A DNA stretch of 64,000 nt from a virus (lineage: Duplodnaviria > Caudoviricetes). The notes under the pieces are model-generated. The model did not search any database. It saw only the letters and a list, made by a program, of their open reading frames with translations, and was not told the origin of the DNA. Of the stretch, positions 28,333 through 37,761 are shown piece by piece (the stretch's first letter is position 1; each line of letters begins with the position of its first letter). Both the position numbers and the translations under genes were made by a program. The stretch spans positions 2,151 through 66,150 of the IMG/VR virus record IMGVR_UViG_2648501128_000003. One strand, 5' to 3'.

Positions 28333-28989
28333 ATGTTATCAAACGAAGAACAGGAAAAGACATTGGACGATGTCTGGCGTTGGGCTAACGAACAAGATGA
28401 ACGCAAATCACCCGCAAGAAAGTCGCCAGCAAACGAGTTACCCGTAAAAATCAAACGATTACACGTGGACGCAGTTATTCCGCAATATGCCCGTGAAGGC
28501 GACGCAGGCTTCGACTTGGTCGCGGTGAAGGACGTAATTATCGAGCCTGGCGAAACGGCGCTAGTCAAGACGGGGCTGGCGTTCGAACTTCCGCAAGGCT
28601 ACGAAATGCAAGTCCGCCCACGGTCGGGTGTGACGTTGAAAACGAAGTTACGCGTGCAGCTCGGCACGGTTGACAGCGGATTTAGGGGCGAGGTTGGAGT
28701 AATTGTCGATAATATATCGCGCGAAGTTATAAAACATTTCGGCAAAGATGGAAATCTTGAACGAGTGATAATGTCGGGGCAAGCGCTGGCAGTCGTTAAA
28801 AATATCGGAGAACAATACGAAGCTATCGGAGAAATCACCGAAGATGGAACGTACATCATTCGAAAAGGCGACCGTATCGCGCAAGCCGTAATTAAGCCGA
28901 TCGAGCAAGCGGCATTTATCGAAGTTGACACGTTGGGCGAAACGGACAGGGGCGAAGGCGGCTTCGGAAGTAGCGGGGTGAAGGCGTGA
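28333..28989 (+). CDS. dut: Trimeric dUTPase
   Basis: AGFDL, RPRSG, GTVDSGFRGE, GDRIAQ, RGEGGFGSSG. Confidence 0.95.
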   Translation: MLSNEEQEKTLDDVWRWANEQDERKSPARKSPANELPVKIKRLHVDAVIPQYAREGDAGFDLVAVKDVIIEPGETALVKTGLAFELPQGYEMQVRPRSGVTLKTKLRVQLGTVDSGFRGEVGVIVDNISREVIKHFGKDGNLERVIMSGQALAVVKNIGEQYEAIGEITEDGTYIIRKGDRIAQAVIKPIEQAAFIEVDTLGETDRGEGGFGSSGVKA

Positions 28990-29255
28990 AATCGTACGTA
29001 ATAGTTATCGTTGACGAAATGCCTCGATACCTTCTCACGCCGATTATATCGGAAAATGTCCGAGTTGATTTTGTACGGATTGGTGAAGTAGTACACGGCA
29101 GAGTATTCAAAGGAAGTCGGATTAATGTCGTCGTTAATCGGACAAAGTATCGCGAATTAGACAAAGTTGATGACGAGTCTATCGCGAAATGGTGGTCACA
29201 CGTTAAGCAGGGGCTTGCGAAAGACGTAGAGATAAGGGACGGTGTTATGAAATAA
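28986..29255 (+). CDS. Hypothetical protein
   Basis: GTGA overlap; operonic. Confidence 0.6.
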   Translation: MKSYVIVIVDEMPRYLLTPIISENVRVDFVRIGEVVHGRVFKGSRINVVVNRTKYRELDKVDDESIAKWWSHVKQGLAKDVEIRDGVMK

Positions 29256-30058
29256 TGGCGGAAACTAAAATGAACGTAAAATTACTGGCGCATACCCAAT
29301 TAAGCGAGGATTTTTACGAAGGGGATTTAGTTGGCACGGACTTTCACGATTATCACATCGACAACGAAGCAACGGACGGTCAAGCGGTCGCCTTGTCCGC
29401 AATTCGAACGTGCTACTCACCGAACAAGCCGTCGGAAATCGTCACGTTAGAAGGCGCTAAATATTTCGGCAAGAAAGCGTCCGACGGCGAACAAGGTACG
29501 GAAGCCGACCGCCTGTTCCGTATGATTGTCCGGTCGGGTCACACGTCGACCCTCGAGCATCTATCGTTCACTTTCGCGATAGAAGGTGTAAGCCGTGCGT
29601 TATTAGCGCAACTCACACGCCATCGCGTGGGATTTTCATTTAGCGTACAAAGTCAGCGATATGTCCGATTCGGTTCGGGCGATCGGTCAGGCGGATTTGA
29701 TTACGTTGTGCCGGAATCTATTAAAAACGGAGGGACAGCGCCGTCCAATGACGACGAGGGCATTTACGTAACATTTACCGCGCAAGAATATTTCGAGGAT
29801 GCTATGACGCAATTACAGTACGTATATGATCGTTTAAGAAAAGCCGGTATTCCTGCCGAAGATGCCCGCGCAGTTCTACCGCAAGCAGCCGCAACTAATC
29901 TCGTAATGACAGCAAATTTACGTAGTCTGCTAGAGTTCTATGCGAAACGTAAGTCGGGTAAAGGAGCGCAAGCTGAAATAGCACAACTAGCGGAGGAATT
30001 AAAGAACGCAGTTATCGCGGTTGAGCCGTGGACGCGACAATTCTTCGAAAGTAAGTAA
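29255..30058 (+). CDS. thyX: Flavin-dependent thymidylate synthase
   Basis: GHTSTLEH, RHRVGFSFSVQSQRY (RHRx7S), EDARAVLP, AQAEI. Confidence 0.96.
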   Translation: MAETKMNVKLLAHTQLSEDFYEGDLVGTDFHDYHIDNEATDGQAVALSAIRTCYSPNKPSEIVTLEGAKYFGKKASDGEQGTEADRLFRMIVRSGHTSTLEHLSFTFAIEGVSRALLAQLTRHRVGFSFSVQSQRYVRFGSGDRSGGFDYVVPESIKNGGTAPSNDDEGIYVTFTAQEYFEDAMTQLQYVYDRLRKAGIPAEDARAVLPQAAATNLVMTANLRSLLEFYAKRKSGKGAQAEIAQLAEELKNAVIAVEPWTRQFFESK

Positions 30059-30073
30059 CGAAAGGGTGATTCT

Positions 30074-30586
30074 ATCGGTATTCTCACGAACGCAATCATA
30101 ACGATGCATTTACTAACCGGCACGCCATCGGCAGTCCACGCAGAATTGACGCCCGATACGCAAATGTGGCGTCAGCAAGCGGCGTGGCTGGACGGTGAAC
30201 TCGACAAGCAACGCGAAATTAATCAACGCCTACGCGACGAAATTGAACGTCTAAACGCGACGGCATGGCAACCGTTTGAAATCACGGCATACACGGCGGA
30301 CTGCGCCGAAGGTTGCACGGGTGTCACCGCGACAGGCATTGACGTTACACAGCGTTCACATTACGAAGGCAAACGTGTAATAGCCGCCGACCCAAGCGTT
30401 TTACCGATGTGGTCAACGGTGGAACTACGCTTTGCCGACGGACGGGTCGAACAGGCTATCGCGATAGACAAAGGCGGCGCAATCAAGGGGCGCAAGCTCG
30501 ACTATTTAATCGGTAGTCACAGCGCAGCGGTACGATTTGGTCGGCAGAAGGTCGACGTAAAAATTATCGAAAGAGGGGCGAAGTAA
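30074..30586 (+). CDS. 3D-domain (MltA-like cell-wall) protein; probable ATC start (ATG alternative at 30104)
   Basis: ITAYT..TATG..IAADP..DKGGAIKGRKLD..FGRQ; RBS AAAGGGTG at 30061. Confidence 0.85.
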   Translation: MGILTNAIITMHLLTGTPSAVHAELTPDTQMWRQQAAWLDGELDKQREINQRLRDEIERLNATAWQPFEITAYTADCAEGCTGVTATGIDVTQRSHYEGKRVIAADPSVLPMWSTVELRFADGRVEQAIAIDKGGAIKGRKLDYLIGSHSAAVRFGRQKVDVKIIERGAK

Positions 30587-30811
30587 GTGAAAAGTCTAAT
30601 CGCGAATATATGCGTTAGTATCTTGCGAAAGTTGAACGTGTCGACGCTAATCGGCTATAAAGTCGAAGGTAAATTAACGCAATTAAACGACTACGGACGT
30701 ATTTACGATAATGAATTGAATTGCAACTACTACTTACCAAACAGGCAAGCTTGGAACGTACCTCAAGGAAAATTCTCGATGACTCAAAAATGTCGTAAGG
30801 AGGCGGAATAA
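30587..30811 (+). CDS. Hypothetical protein
   Basis: RBS GAGGGG; operonic. Confidence 0.6.
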   Translation: MKSLIANICVSILRKLNVSTLIGYKVEGKLTQLNDYGRIYDNELNCNYYLPNRQAWNVPQGKFSMTQKCRKEAE

Positions 30812-31704
30812 TGACGAAAATACACGTTATTAAAGACGAGAGTTTGGGCGGAATCGAGCGCGAGTATGTCGAAGTTGATCGGAAGGCGGACGTTGGAGAT
30901 AAAATTATAATTAACAATAAAGATTTCGGAAACTATGAAAATGGCGATGTATTCACGGTCATAGGCAGGTATGATGAATCCTTAACTTCCTCAAAAGCAA
31001 TAGGGGTCGATGCTAAGGAGACGGATGTTAGAATTCGCGATTACGAATACCAAACGCTAGAACCGACCGACATCGTCCATATTGACGGCGCAAGGTATCG
31101 AATGGTCGAGCGGAAGGCGGAAGTCGGCGAGAATGTATTGATTGTGCACTCCGAGGTTGACGGGTACGGCGTTGGAGACGATTTTGAGGCACTGGCAATC
31201 TTTGCGAAAACTATTCGGATTATAGATATCGGAGGGGGAATAAATCACGTAGAACACTATGAATACCGCGTACTTGTTCCAGCAGATAAAGAACTTCTCA
31301 CCGTTGACGAAGGACTAGTAGGTGTAGACCACTCGCAAGCCAGTCCACAAGTCCTCGACCTACTAGCCAATCTTGCTTCTCGCTTAACTACTCTTGAACA
31401 GCACGTAAAAAATCTCGAAGGACAACTCGACGACTTAGTCGACCGTTCTCACCGCAAACTCACCACGATTGAACAACAATTACGCGACACGCAAGCCAAC
31501 GTCGAGCGACAGGCGGAGGAACTTGCGAAACTAGAAAAACGCGTAGACCAAATAATTACGAATGATCTCGGTTGGAAACAGATGGGGCCGGGTCGAATTC
31601 CGAACATTGAGATTAAGGTGAGCGCGATAAAATCGGAAGTGGGAGAAATCGCCGACAAACTCGCTGAATTACTCGATGAAATCGACGGAGGTGTCAGCCG
31701 ATGA
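30811..31704 (+). CDS. Protein with two 'RKAxVGxxI' modules plus coiled coil
   Basis: DRKADVGDKIII, ERKAEVGENVLI. Confidence 0.75.
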   Translation: MTKIHVIKDESLGGIEREYVEVDRKADVGDKIIINNKDFGNYENGDVFTVIGRYDESLTSSKAIGVDAKETDVRIRDYEYQTLEPTDIVHIDGARYRMVERKAEVGENVLIVHSEVDGYGVGDDFEALAIFAKTIRIIDIGGGINHVEHYEYRVLVPADKELLTVDEGLVGVDHSQASPQVLDLLANLASRLTTLEQHVKNLEGQLDDLVDRSHRKLTTIEQQLRDTQANVERQAEELAKLEKRVDQIITNDLGWKQMGPGRIPNIEIKVSAIKSEVGEIADKLAELLDEIDGGVSR

Positions 31705-32300
31705 ACCACACGCTAGAAGTTTCGCGAAAAGTCACCGTCACCAAAATCGCCCTGACCGGCAAGCTACGGACGGGCAAGGACACCGTCGCGCACCACCTGT
31801 TCATTCGCAATAGCTTCCACAAGGTCGCGTTCGGTGACGCGCTCAAGCGAGTGGCGCACGACACTTTTCCATGGGTCAGCGAGTTTTCGAAGCCACGCGC
31901 GCTGTATCAGCAAGTCGGACAGCTTATGCGTGAAATTGAGCCGGACGTTTGGATTCGCCATGTCGAACGTCAAGTCGACGCGATTATCAACGTCAACAAG
32001 GACATGTGCGATCACGTCGGCGTGATAATCACGGATTTACGCCAGCCGAACGAATACGAGTGGGCGCGATCTAATGGGTTCACGATCATTCGCGTCAATG
32101 CGCCGGAAGCTGACCGGCTAGCACGAGCGCAACGAGCAGGCGACGACTTTGCCGCCGAGGACTTAGCGCACGATACCGAGCAGCATGTCGATGGGTTCAC
32201 GGTCGATTTCGAAGTGGTTAACGACGGGACGGTCGTGGAATTAAAAGCGAAAGTGGATGCGATTATGGCGGAGATTAACGCGAAAGGGGCGGTAAATTGA
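31701..32300 (+). CDS. Deoxynucleoside monophosphate kinase
   Basis: IALTGKLRTGKDT, FGDALK, PRALYQ, ITDLRQPNE, HDTE. Confidence 0.88.
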   Translation: MNHTLEVSRKVTVTKIALTGKLRTGKDTVAHHLFIRNSFHKVAFGDALKRVAHDTFPWVSEFSKPRALYQQVGQLMREIEPDVWIRHVERQVDAIINVNKDMCDHVGVIITDLRQPNEYEWARSNGFTIIRVNAPEADRLARAQRAGDDFAAEDLAHDTEQHVDGFTVDFEVVNDGTVVELKAKVDAIMAEINAKGAVN

Positions 32301-33727
32301 TTCGCAGAATGTTGCGTAAGGAGCGAACTGACTACGGAAAAAGGATGCGAGGACAGTACGAATCGGGCGAATTTTGGGATAGTCGTCACAACATGACGGT
32401 ACATGCAATTAGACCTGACGAACTGTCGAATACATTGTCAACCGTGTTAAAAGACAATTTGCTAATCGAAATTCATGGCGTTAGTGAGCCGAAAGGGAGC
32501 GATAAATTGACGAATATACACGAAGTTTTCGAAGGTAATCCGTTCACATACGTATCCTTATTCAGCGGTATTGGCGGATTCGAGCAAGCACTAAACAAAC
32601 TCGGTGGCACTTGCATGATGGCGTCCGAAATTGACAAGTACGCAAATCAAGCGTACGAGGTGCTCTACGGACATCCGACGGTAGGCGACGTGACAAAAGT
32701 CGAGGCCGCGGACGTCCCCGACCACGACTTACTTGTCGGTGGTTTTCCGTGCCAAGCGTTCTCAGTCGCCGGCAAGCGATTGGGATTCGACGACACGCGC
32801 GGAACACTATTTTTCGAGATTGCGAGAATAGCATCGGAAAAGAAACCGAAGGCGCTACTGCTCGAAAACGTAAAAGGACTCGTTTAGCACGACAAAGGGC
32901 GTACGCTTGACTCAATCGTTCAAACGTTAAATGACATCGGCTACACGGTCGATTTCGAAGTATTAAATTCGAAGTATTTCGGAGTTCCGCAGAATCGAGA
33001 GCGAATATTTATCGTGGCAGTTCGCGTCGACTTAGTCGAACAAGAACCGTGGGTAATAGGCAAACGCACGGACGTTGTAGAGAAAGGTAAACAAAGAATT
33101 GGCTCTTTGGCGGGTGTCAAGACGTTTAACTTCGATTATCCTTCGCAAAATGAGGTTGCGACAAGGTTACGGGATATTCTCGAATCGGACGTAGATGAAA
33201 AGTTTTATTTATCGGAGGAAAAGACGGCGAAACTGGTGGCGCAGTTGGAAGAAAGAGGCTTAAAAGATACGGACGGAATCGACGTCGCGGGCAACCTTAA
33301 ACCTCCCACATGTACTCGCATAGGTCAGCGTGACGATGTTTGGAGTGCTAACGGGGTAGCAAGGACGCTTAACGCTACCGATTATAAACAACTCCGACCA
33401 ATAGCGGAAGTCCGCCCCGTCCTTACGCCCGATCGTTTAGAAAAACGGTAAAATGGACGGAGATTTAAAGACGATGGAGAAGAAGCGTTCACGCTTACGG
33501 CGCAAGATAAACACGGCGTGGCTGTCGGCAAGCATCCACGTTACCGCATCCGCAAACTAACACCGTTAGAGTGTTTCCGCCTTCAAGGCTTTCCGGACGT
33601 GGCGCACCAAGCGTTAGTCGACGCAGGTATATCGAACTCGCAGCGATATAAAATGGCGGGCAACGCCGTCACTGTAAACGTAATAGACGCGATAGGCAGG
33701 CGTCTATTACCGTATTTAGCGAAATAG
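32297..33727 (+). pseudogene. Multispecific C5-cytosine DNA methyltransferase interrupted by TAG (32885) and TAA (33449)
   Basis: FSGIGG, GFPCQ, ENVKGLV*HDKG, QNRERIF, LTPLECFRLQGF, GNAV all in one frame. Confidence 0.9.
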
Positions 33728-33745
33728 GCAATCGCTAAAACAACG

Positions 33746-34129
33746 TCAGTCTTTCGCCAACTCGAACGCATTCCAAAATACCGCACCTTCATCGACGCGG
33801 CCTACATGTTCAAATCGCGCTGGCAAGTCGTCGGCACTCAACGCAAGCTTGTCCGCAACCATCTTGCCGGCTTTCACGCCGAGGTAGCCACGCTTGTCAG
33901 GGCGTACAGTTTTCGCGTTCGGTACTTTCGCAAGGTCCTGTTTCACCAGCCCGACACGTTTGTTCTCAACGTCAACGCTGACGACAACGGGTGTAAATTG
34001 AGTAATCGCAAGGTCGCGTAGTGCCGACGCAGACACGCGCAGGCGGTAAAACTTATCGATTGTAAGGGAAGCGTCGCCACGAGACGACAAATTTAACGGT
34101 TCAAAAGCCATCTTAACACGTCCATTCAC
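33746..34129 (-). CDS. Hypothetical protein
   Basis: 127-aa ORF co-oriented with the ligase; start uncertain (34111 or 34129). Confidence 0.65.
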   Translation of the reverse strand: MNGRVKMAFEPLNLSSRGDASLTIDKFYRLRVSASALRDLAITQFTPVVVSVDVENKRVGLVKQDLAKVPNAKTVRPDKRGYLGVKAGKMVADKLALSADDLPARFEHVGRVDEGAVFWNAFELAKD

Positions 34130-34188
34130 GTTTATTTAACGCTAGTATAACGCAAAAGAGCGCATAAACGCAATAAAAAAGCCGGCTA

Positions 34189-35013
34189 TCACAACCAGCC
34201 GACGAAACTCGGCAAGCGCAACAAACCAGCCTTTGTTAAATTACGATATTTGACGCGACATTTGATCGGCGAGATATACGCAAACTTGTCGTTTTCGCGG
34301 GTAACTTGCGCACGGTAAACCTTCGGCTTTTCCTTCGCTGGCACGCCGAGTTCCATGACGCCAAGGTAACGACCGTCCTCGTCAGCGAGCAGCCAGCCGA
34401 AGTCCTTTTTCGCGTAACCAATTACGTAAACGTCCGCAAATTGGTAGTTAATCACCTTGAGCCAGTCGTGCGACCGTTTGCCGACTTGGTAACGTGAATC
34501 CTTACGCTTTAAAACGATGCCTTCGAGAGCCTGCTCCTTGACTGCTTCGTAATAAGCCACGCCGTTGCCTTCGATAAATTGCGATTTTGCTAGTTGTGTA
34601 GAATCGGTCGGCACGAGGTCGGCGAGCATTTCCTTGCGCTCGAACAGCGGTCGGCTAGTCACGCGTTTACCTTCGAGTTGAATAACGTCAAACGCAACGA
34701 AAGTAACAGGCGTTTCCCCGGCTTGCTTAGCGCCAGCTTGAAAACGGCTCATGACCGCCTCGAAGTCCGGCTTGCCTGCGCTGTCACTTACGATTAACTC
34801 GCCGTCGAGCGTTGTGCTAGGCGGAAGGGCAAGCGAGTGCAATTCGGGAAACTTTGCGGTCAATTCGTTGTTATGGCGCGAGTACATGCGGACTTTGCCC
34901 GCAGAATCAACGGAATATATTAAACGGATGCCGTCGAGCTTCAATTCGGCAATATAATCCGAATCGTCGAACGGCTCGTCCGATTTGTGCAATAACATTG
35001 GCGAAACAAACAC
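34189..35013 (-). CDS. ATP-dependent DNA ligase (LigD ligase domain-like)
   Basis: ELKLDGIR, LDGEL, FDV, EGIVLK, WLKV, LRLPSF; RBS GAGGTG. Confidence 0.93.
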   Translation of the reverse strand: MFVSPMLLHKSDEPFDDSDYIAELKLDGIRLIYSVDSAGKVRMYSRHNNELTAKFPELHSLALPPSTTLDGELIVSDSAGKPDFEAVMSRFQAGAKQAGETPVTFVAFDVIQLEGKRVTSRPLFERKEMLADLVPTDSTQLAKSQFIEGNGVAYYEAVKEQALEGIVLKRKDSRYQVGKRSHDWLKVINYQFADVYVIGYAKKDFGWLLADEDGRYLGVMELGVPAKEKPKVYRAQVTRENDKFAYISPIKCRVKYRNLTKAGLLRLPSFVGWL

Positions 35014-35090
35014 GTAAATCACCTCGCTTTAATTATAACAATTTCGATAGATTAACGGATTAGGAGACTAATGGAAACGGAGGCGGACTA

Positions 35091-35498
35091 ATGGGCGCAA
35101 TTAGCGAAAAGGAACGACGGCTCGAATCGAAATATCCCGCGCTAGACAATCCGGCGGGCGTCCGCATGCTCCTCGGCGATTACCACGCGTTGAAAGAACG
35201 CCAGTATGCCGGCGACTATGACGCGGTCGTAATACTCGTCGACCTGGCAACGGCGATCGAGCGGGCTGGGCTTACGGATAGGCAGCGTGAGGCCCTGCGG
35301 TTGGTGTTCGAGGATGACTTATCGCAGGTAGATACAGCGGACATGCTTGGCGTGAGTAAGCAGACGGTCAATCGGTTGGTAAGCGTGGGACTGGCGAAAG
35401 TGGCGAGAGTGTTCGAGAGTTGGGCGAGGCAAGGCGAAGGTTACAGTTTAGACGTAAATGAGACGGAAGGGGAGCGACAGAATGACGAAATTCATTAA
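35091..35498 (+). CDS. Sigma-70 region-4 HTH protein, candidate late activator
   Basis: LTDRQREALRL..LSQVDTADMLGVSKQTV. Confidence 0.8.
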   Translation: MGAISEKERRLESKYPALDNPAGVRMLLGDYHALKERQYAGDYDAVVILVDLATAIERAGLTDRQREALRLVFEDDLSQVDTADMLGVSKQTVNRLVSVGLAKVARVFESWARQGEGYSLDVNETEGERQNDEIH

Positions 35499-36264
35499 CG
35501 AAATATTGACGGGCGATAACGTGGAGATCTTACGTTTAATTGACGATAATTTCGTAGACTTGACGGTTACAAGTCCTCCATATGACGATTTACGCGCATA
35601 TAACGGGTACACATGGGATCCCGAACTTTTAGCAAATGAACTGTATCGTGTTACGAAAGACGGTGGCGTCGTTGTTTGGATAGTCGGTGACAGGACAGTA
35701 AAAGGATCCGAGACGGGCAGCAGTTTTAAACAAGCATTAACTTTCATGGACACTGGTTTTCGTTTACACGATACGATGATTTATATGAAAGATTCTATCA
35801 GTTTTCCGGAAACTACTCGATATTATCAGATATTTGAATACATGTTTATTTTCAGTAAGGGATCCCCGAAAACAGTTAATTTAATATCCGACCGGAAAAA
35901 CAAATGGGTCGGTCATCGGATTAGAGGACGGGAACGACAGGTAGATGGATCCTTGGCAGGTCGTCGGAAAGGGAATCCTGTAAAAGAGTTTGGTGTTAGG
36001 TATAACATATGGCAAGTCTCGACCGGGTACATGAAATCTTCGAAAGACGTAATTGCGTATGACCATCCTGCAATCTTTCCGGAATCATTAGCGGAAGATC
36101 ATATATTAAGTTGGTCGGATCCCGGCGGTATTGTATTGGATCCGTTCGGGGGTTCCGGTACAACAGCGAAAATGGCGAAGATAAACGGTCGTCAATTTAT
36201 CCACACCGACATTAGCGAAGAATATAACGAAATTGCACGTAGACGATTGGAGGACATCGCATGA
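35482..36264 (+). CDS. Beta-class N4-cytosine DNA methyltransferase, M.BamHII-like
   Basis: TSPPY then HPAIFP and DPFGGSGTT; sequence closely follows my recollection of M.BamHII; RBS AAGGGGAG. Confidence 0.88.
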   Translation: MTKFINEILTGDNVEILRLIDDNFVDLTVTSPPYDDLRAYNGYTWDPELLANELYRVTKDGGVVVWIVGDRTVKGSETGSSFKQALTFMDTGFRLHDTMIYMKDSISFPETTRYYQIFEYMFIFSKGSPKTVNLISDRKNKWVGHRIRGRERQVDGSLAGRRKGNPVKEFGVRYNIWQVSTGYMKSSKDVIAYDHPAIFPESLAEDHILSWSDPGGIVLDPFGGSGTTAKMAKINGRQFIHTDISEEYNEIARRRLEDIA

Positions 36265-36773
36265 CATCAAACGAATTCAACGCAAAAATAGACGAACTAT
36301 GGTCGCAAACAAAAGCGGGCAACCTACCGCGCGAAGAAAGGTTCGTCGCAATCGAACGACTGACGGACAGATATATCACCGCAACAGGCAAACGACCGGA
36401 TCCATCGCAGCTCGACCGATTGGCGACGCTGTGCTTGTACGAGGAAGTGACGGACGATAGACCTGACAAAATGACGTTAGAAGAATACCCGATTATGAGC
36501 GATGAGCAATACGCGAGAAGAACAGAGGGAAAGCACGTAAGGCGGCACGGTAAAGACGGTAAATTGTTACCGAATAAGACAGAGATACCTTTAAATGCTG
36601 CGTTTGACTATGGTACGGACGGTAAGAATTATCGTACACCAAAAAGACGCCCACTTTCTACTGATGAGGCGTCGCGTGCAGACGCGAAACTAACGAGAAA
36701 TAAAGAGAGACGACGTAAATACAATGAATTCATCAAGCCCGGAATAGTGGAGGTGTCTTATATTGGCGATTAG
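36261..36773 (+). CDS. Hypothetical phage protein
   Basis: RBS GGAGG; DKMTLEEYPIMS motif. Confidence 0.72.
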   Translation: MTSNEFNAKIDELWSQTKAGNLPREERFVAIERLTDRYITATGKRPDPSQLDRLATLCLYEEVTDDRPDKMTLEEYPIMSDEQYARRTEGKHVRRHGKDGKLLPNKTEIPLNAAFDYGTDGKNYRTPKRRPLSTDEASRADAKLTRNKERRRKYNEFIKPGIVEVSYIGD

Positions 36774-37314
36774 TATTACACTACCTGACGATAAATTAAC
36801 TTTTAATCGGGTCGAGTATAAACAAGTAAAGGACACACTTAAAATTAAGCCTTCGGGTGTATATTTTCTGTATGACGTGAATGGAGAGTTGCTTTACGTA
36901 GGAAAAACTAATAACTTTCGCAGTCGGTTACTTAGTCATTTCCGTGGCAGAGACGTATCTAAACCGTTTTATAGATTAATAGATTCTGTTAAAGTTTATT
37001 TTGTAGATGATAACTATGAGCGAGAACTATATGAAACTTACGCTATTAATACCTTTATTCCAACGTTCAACAAGTCGAAAACTTATTACGACGATAAATC
37101 AGAAGAATTATTCGAAATTGAAGAACGGATTAGGGAGTTAGAGGAAGAAGCTTCGTCAATTCGTGAAGATATGTGCAGTGACGGTATGATTGACGAGGAT
37201 TTTGAAGATGATTTGCAATTAATAACAGGTATTTACTTCCTAAATGAAGAAAGGCTGCGCGCAATTGAAAGTGAAATAAAATCACTTAAAAAGAGAAAGG
37301 CGCTTACTTTGTGA
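36763..37314 (+). CDS. GIY-YIG nuclease-domain protein
   Basis: SGVYFLYD..LLYVGKT..RSRLLSH..E..I..PTFN. Confidence 0.85.
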   Translation: MAISITLPDDKLTFNRVEYKQVKDTLKIKPSGVYFLYDVNGELLYVGKTNNFRSRLLSHFRGRDVSKPFYRLIDSVKVYFVDDNYERELYETYAINTFIPTFNKSKTYYDDKSEELFEIEERIRELEEEASSIREDMCSDGMIDEDFEDDLQLITGIYFLNEERLRAIESEIKSLKKRKALTL

Positions 37315-37363
37315 TGATTAGTTATCTTATTAGATGATAATTCCGGATTTTGGTTACTTTTAT

Positions 37364-37392
37364 GCTCGCCATATCGGCGGGCTTTTTATTTT
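37364..37392 (+). terminator. Rho-independent terminator
   Basis: GCTCGCC-ATATC-GGCGGGC-TTTTTATTTT. Confidence 0.75.
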
Positions 37393-37464
37393 GTCCTAAT
37401 AGCGTGACTAGGACGTTAAATATAAACGGCACGCAAATTACTCACCGAAAAGGAGACGATGTAA

Positions 37465-37761
37465 ATGGCGGACAATCAGTCACGCGAATTATCAATCGCA
37501 GTAAAGGTAGACGTATCCGAAGCACTCACGGGCTTAAAGGCGATCCAGCGCGAGGCAAAGAAAGCTACGCAAGCATTACGGGAGCTAGAGGCGGCACATT
37601 CTACTAAATCGCTACATGAAGCGTTGGTGCAACGAGAGGGTGTCGAAGAGTATTTCGTTAATGCGCACGGCGGTTCTGCAAAAATCAGCATTGATAACGG
37701 TGCAGAAGGAAGCAATTTTACGGTCGAAGGTCCGGCTAGAATCGTGGTGAATCGCGATTGA
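37465..37761 (+). CDS. Hypothetical phage protein
   Basis: RBS AAAGGAG. Confidence 0.7.
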   Translation: MADNQSRELSIAVKVDVSEALTGLKAIQREAKKATQALRELEAAHSTKSLHEALVQREGVEEYFVNAHGGSAKISIDNGAEGSNFTVEGPARIVVNRD

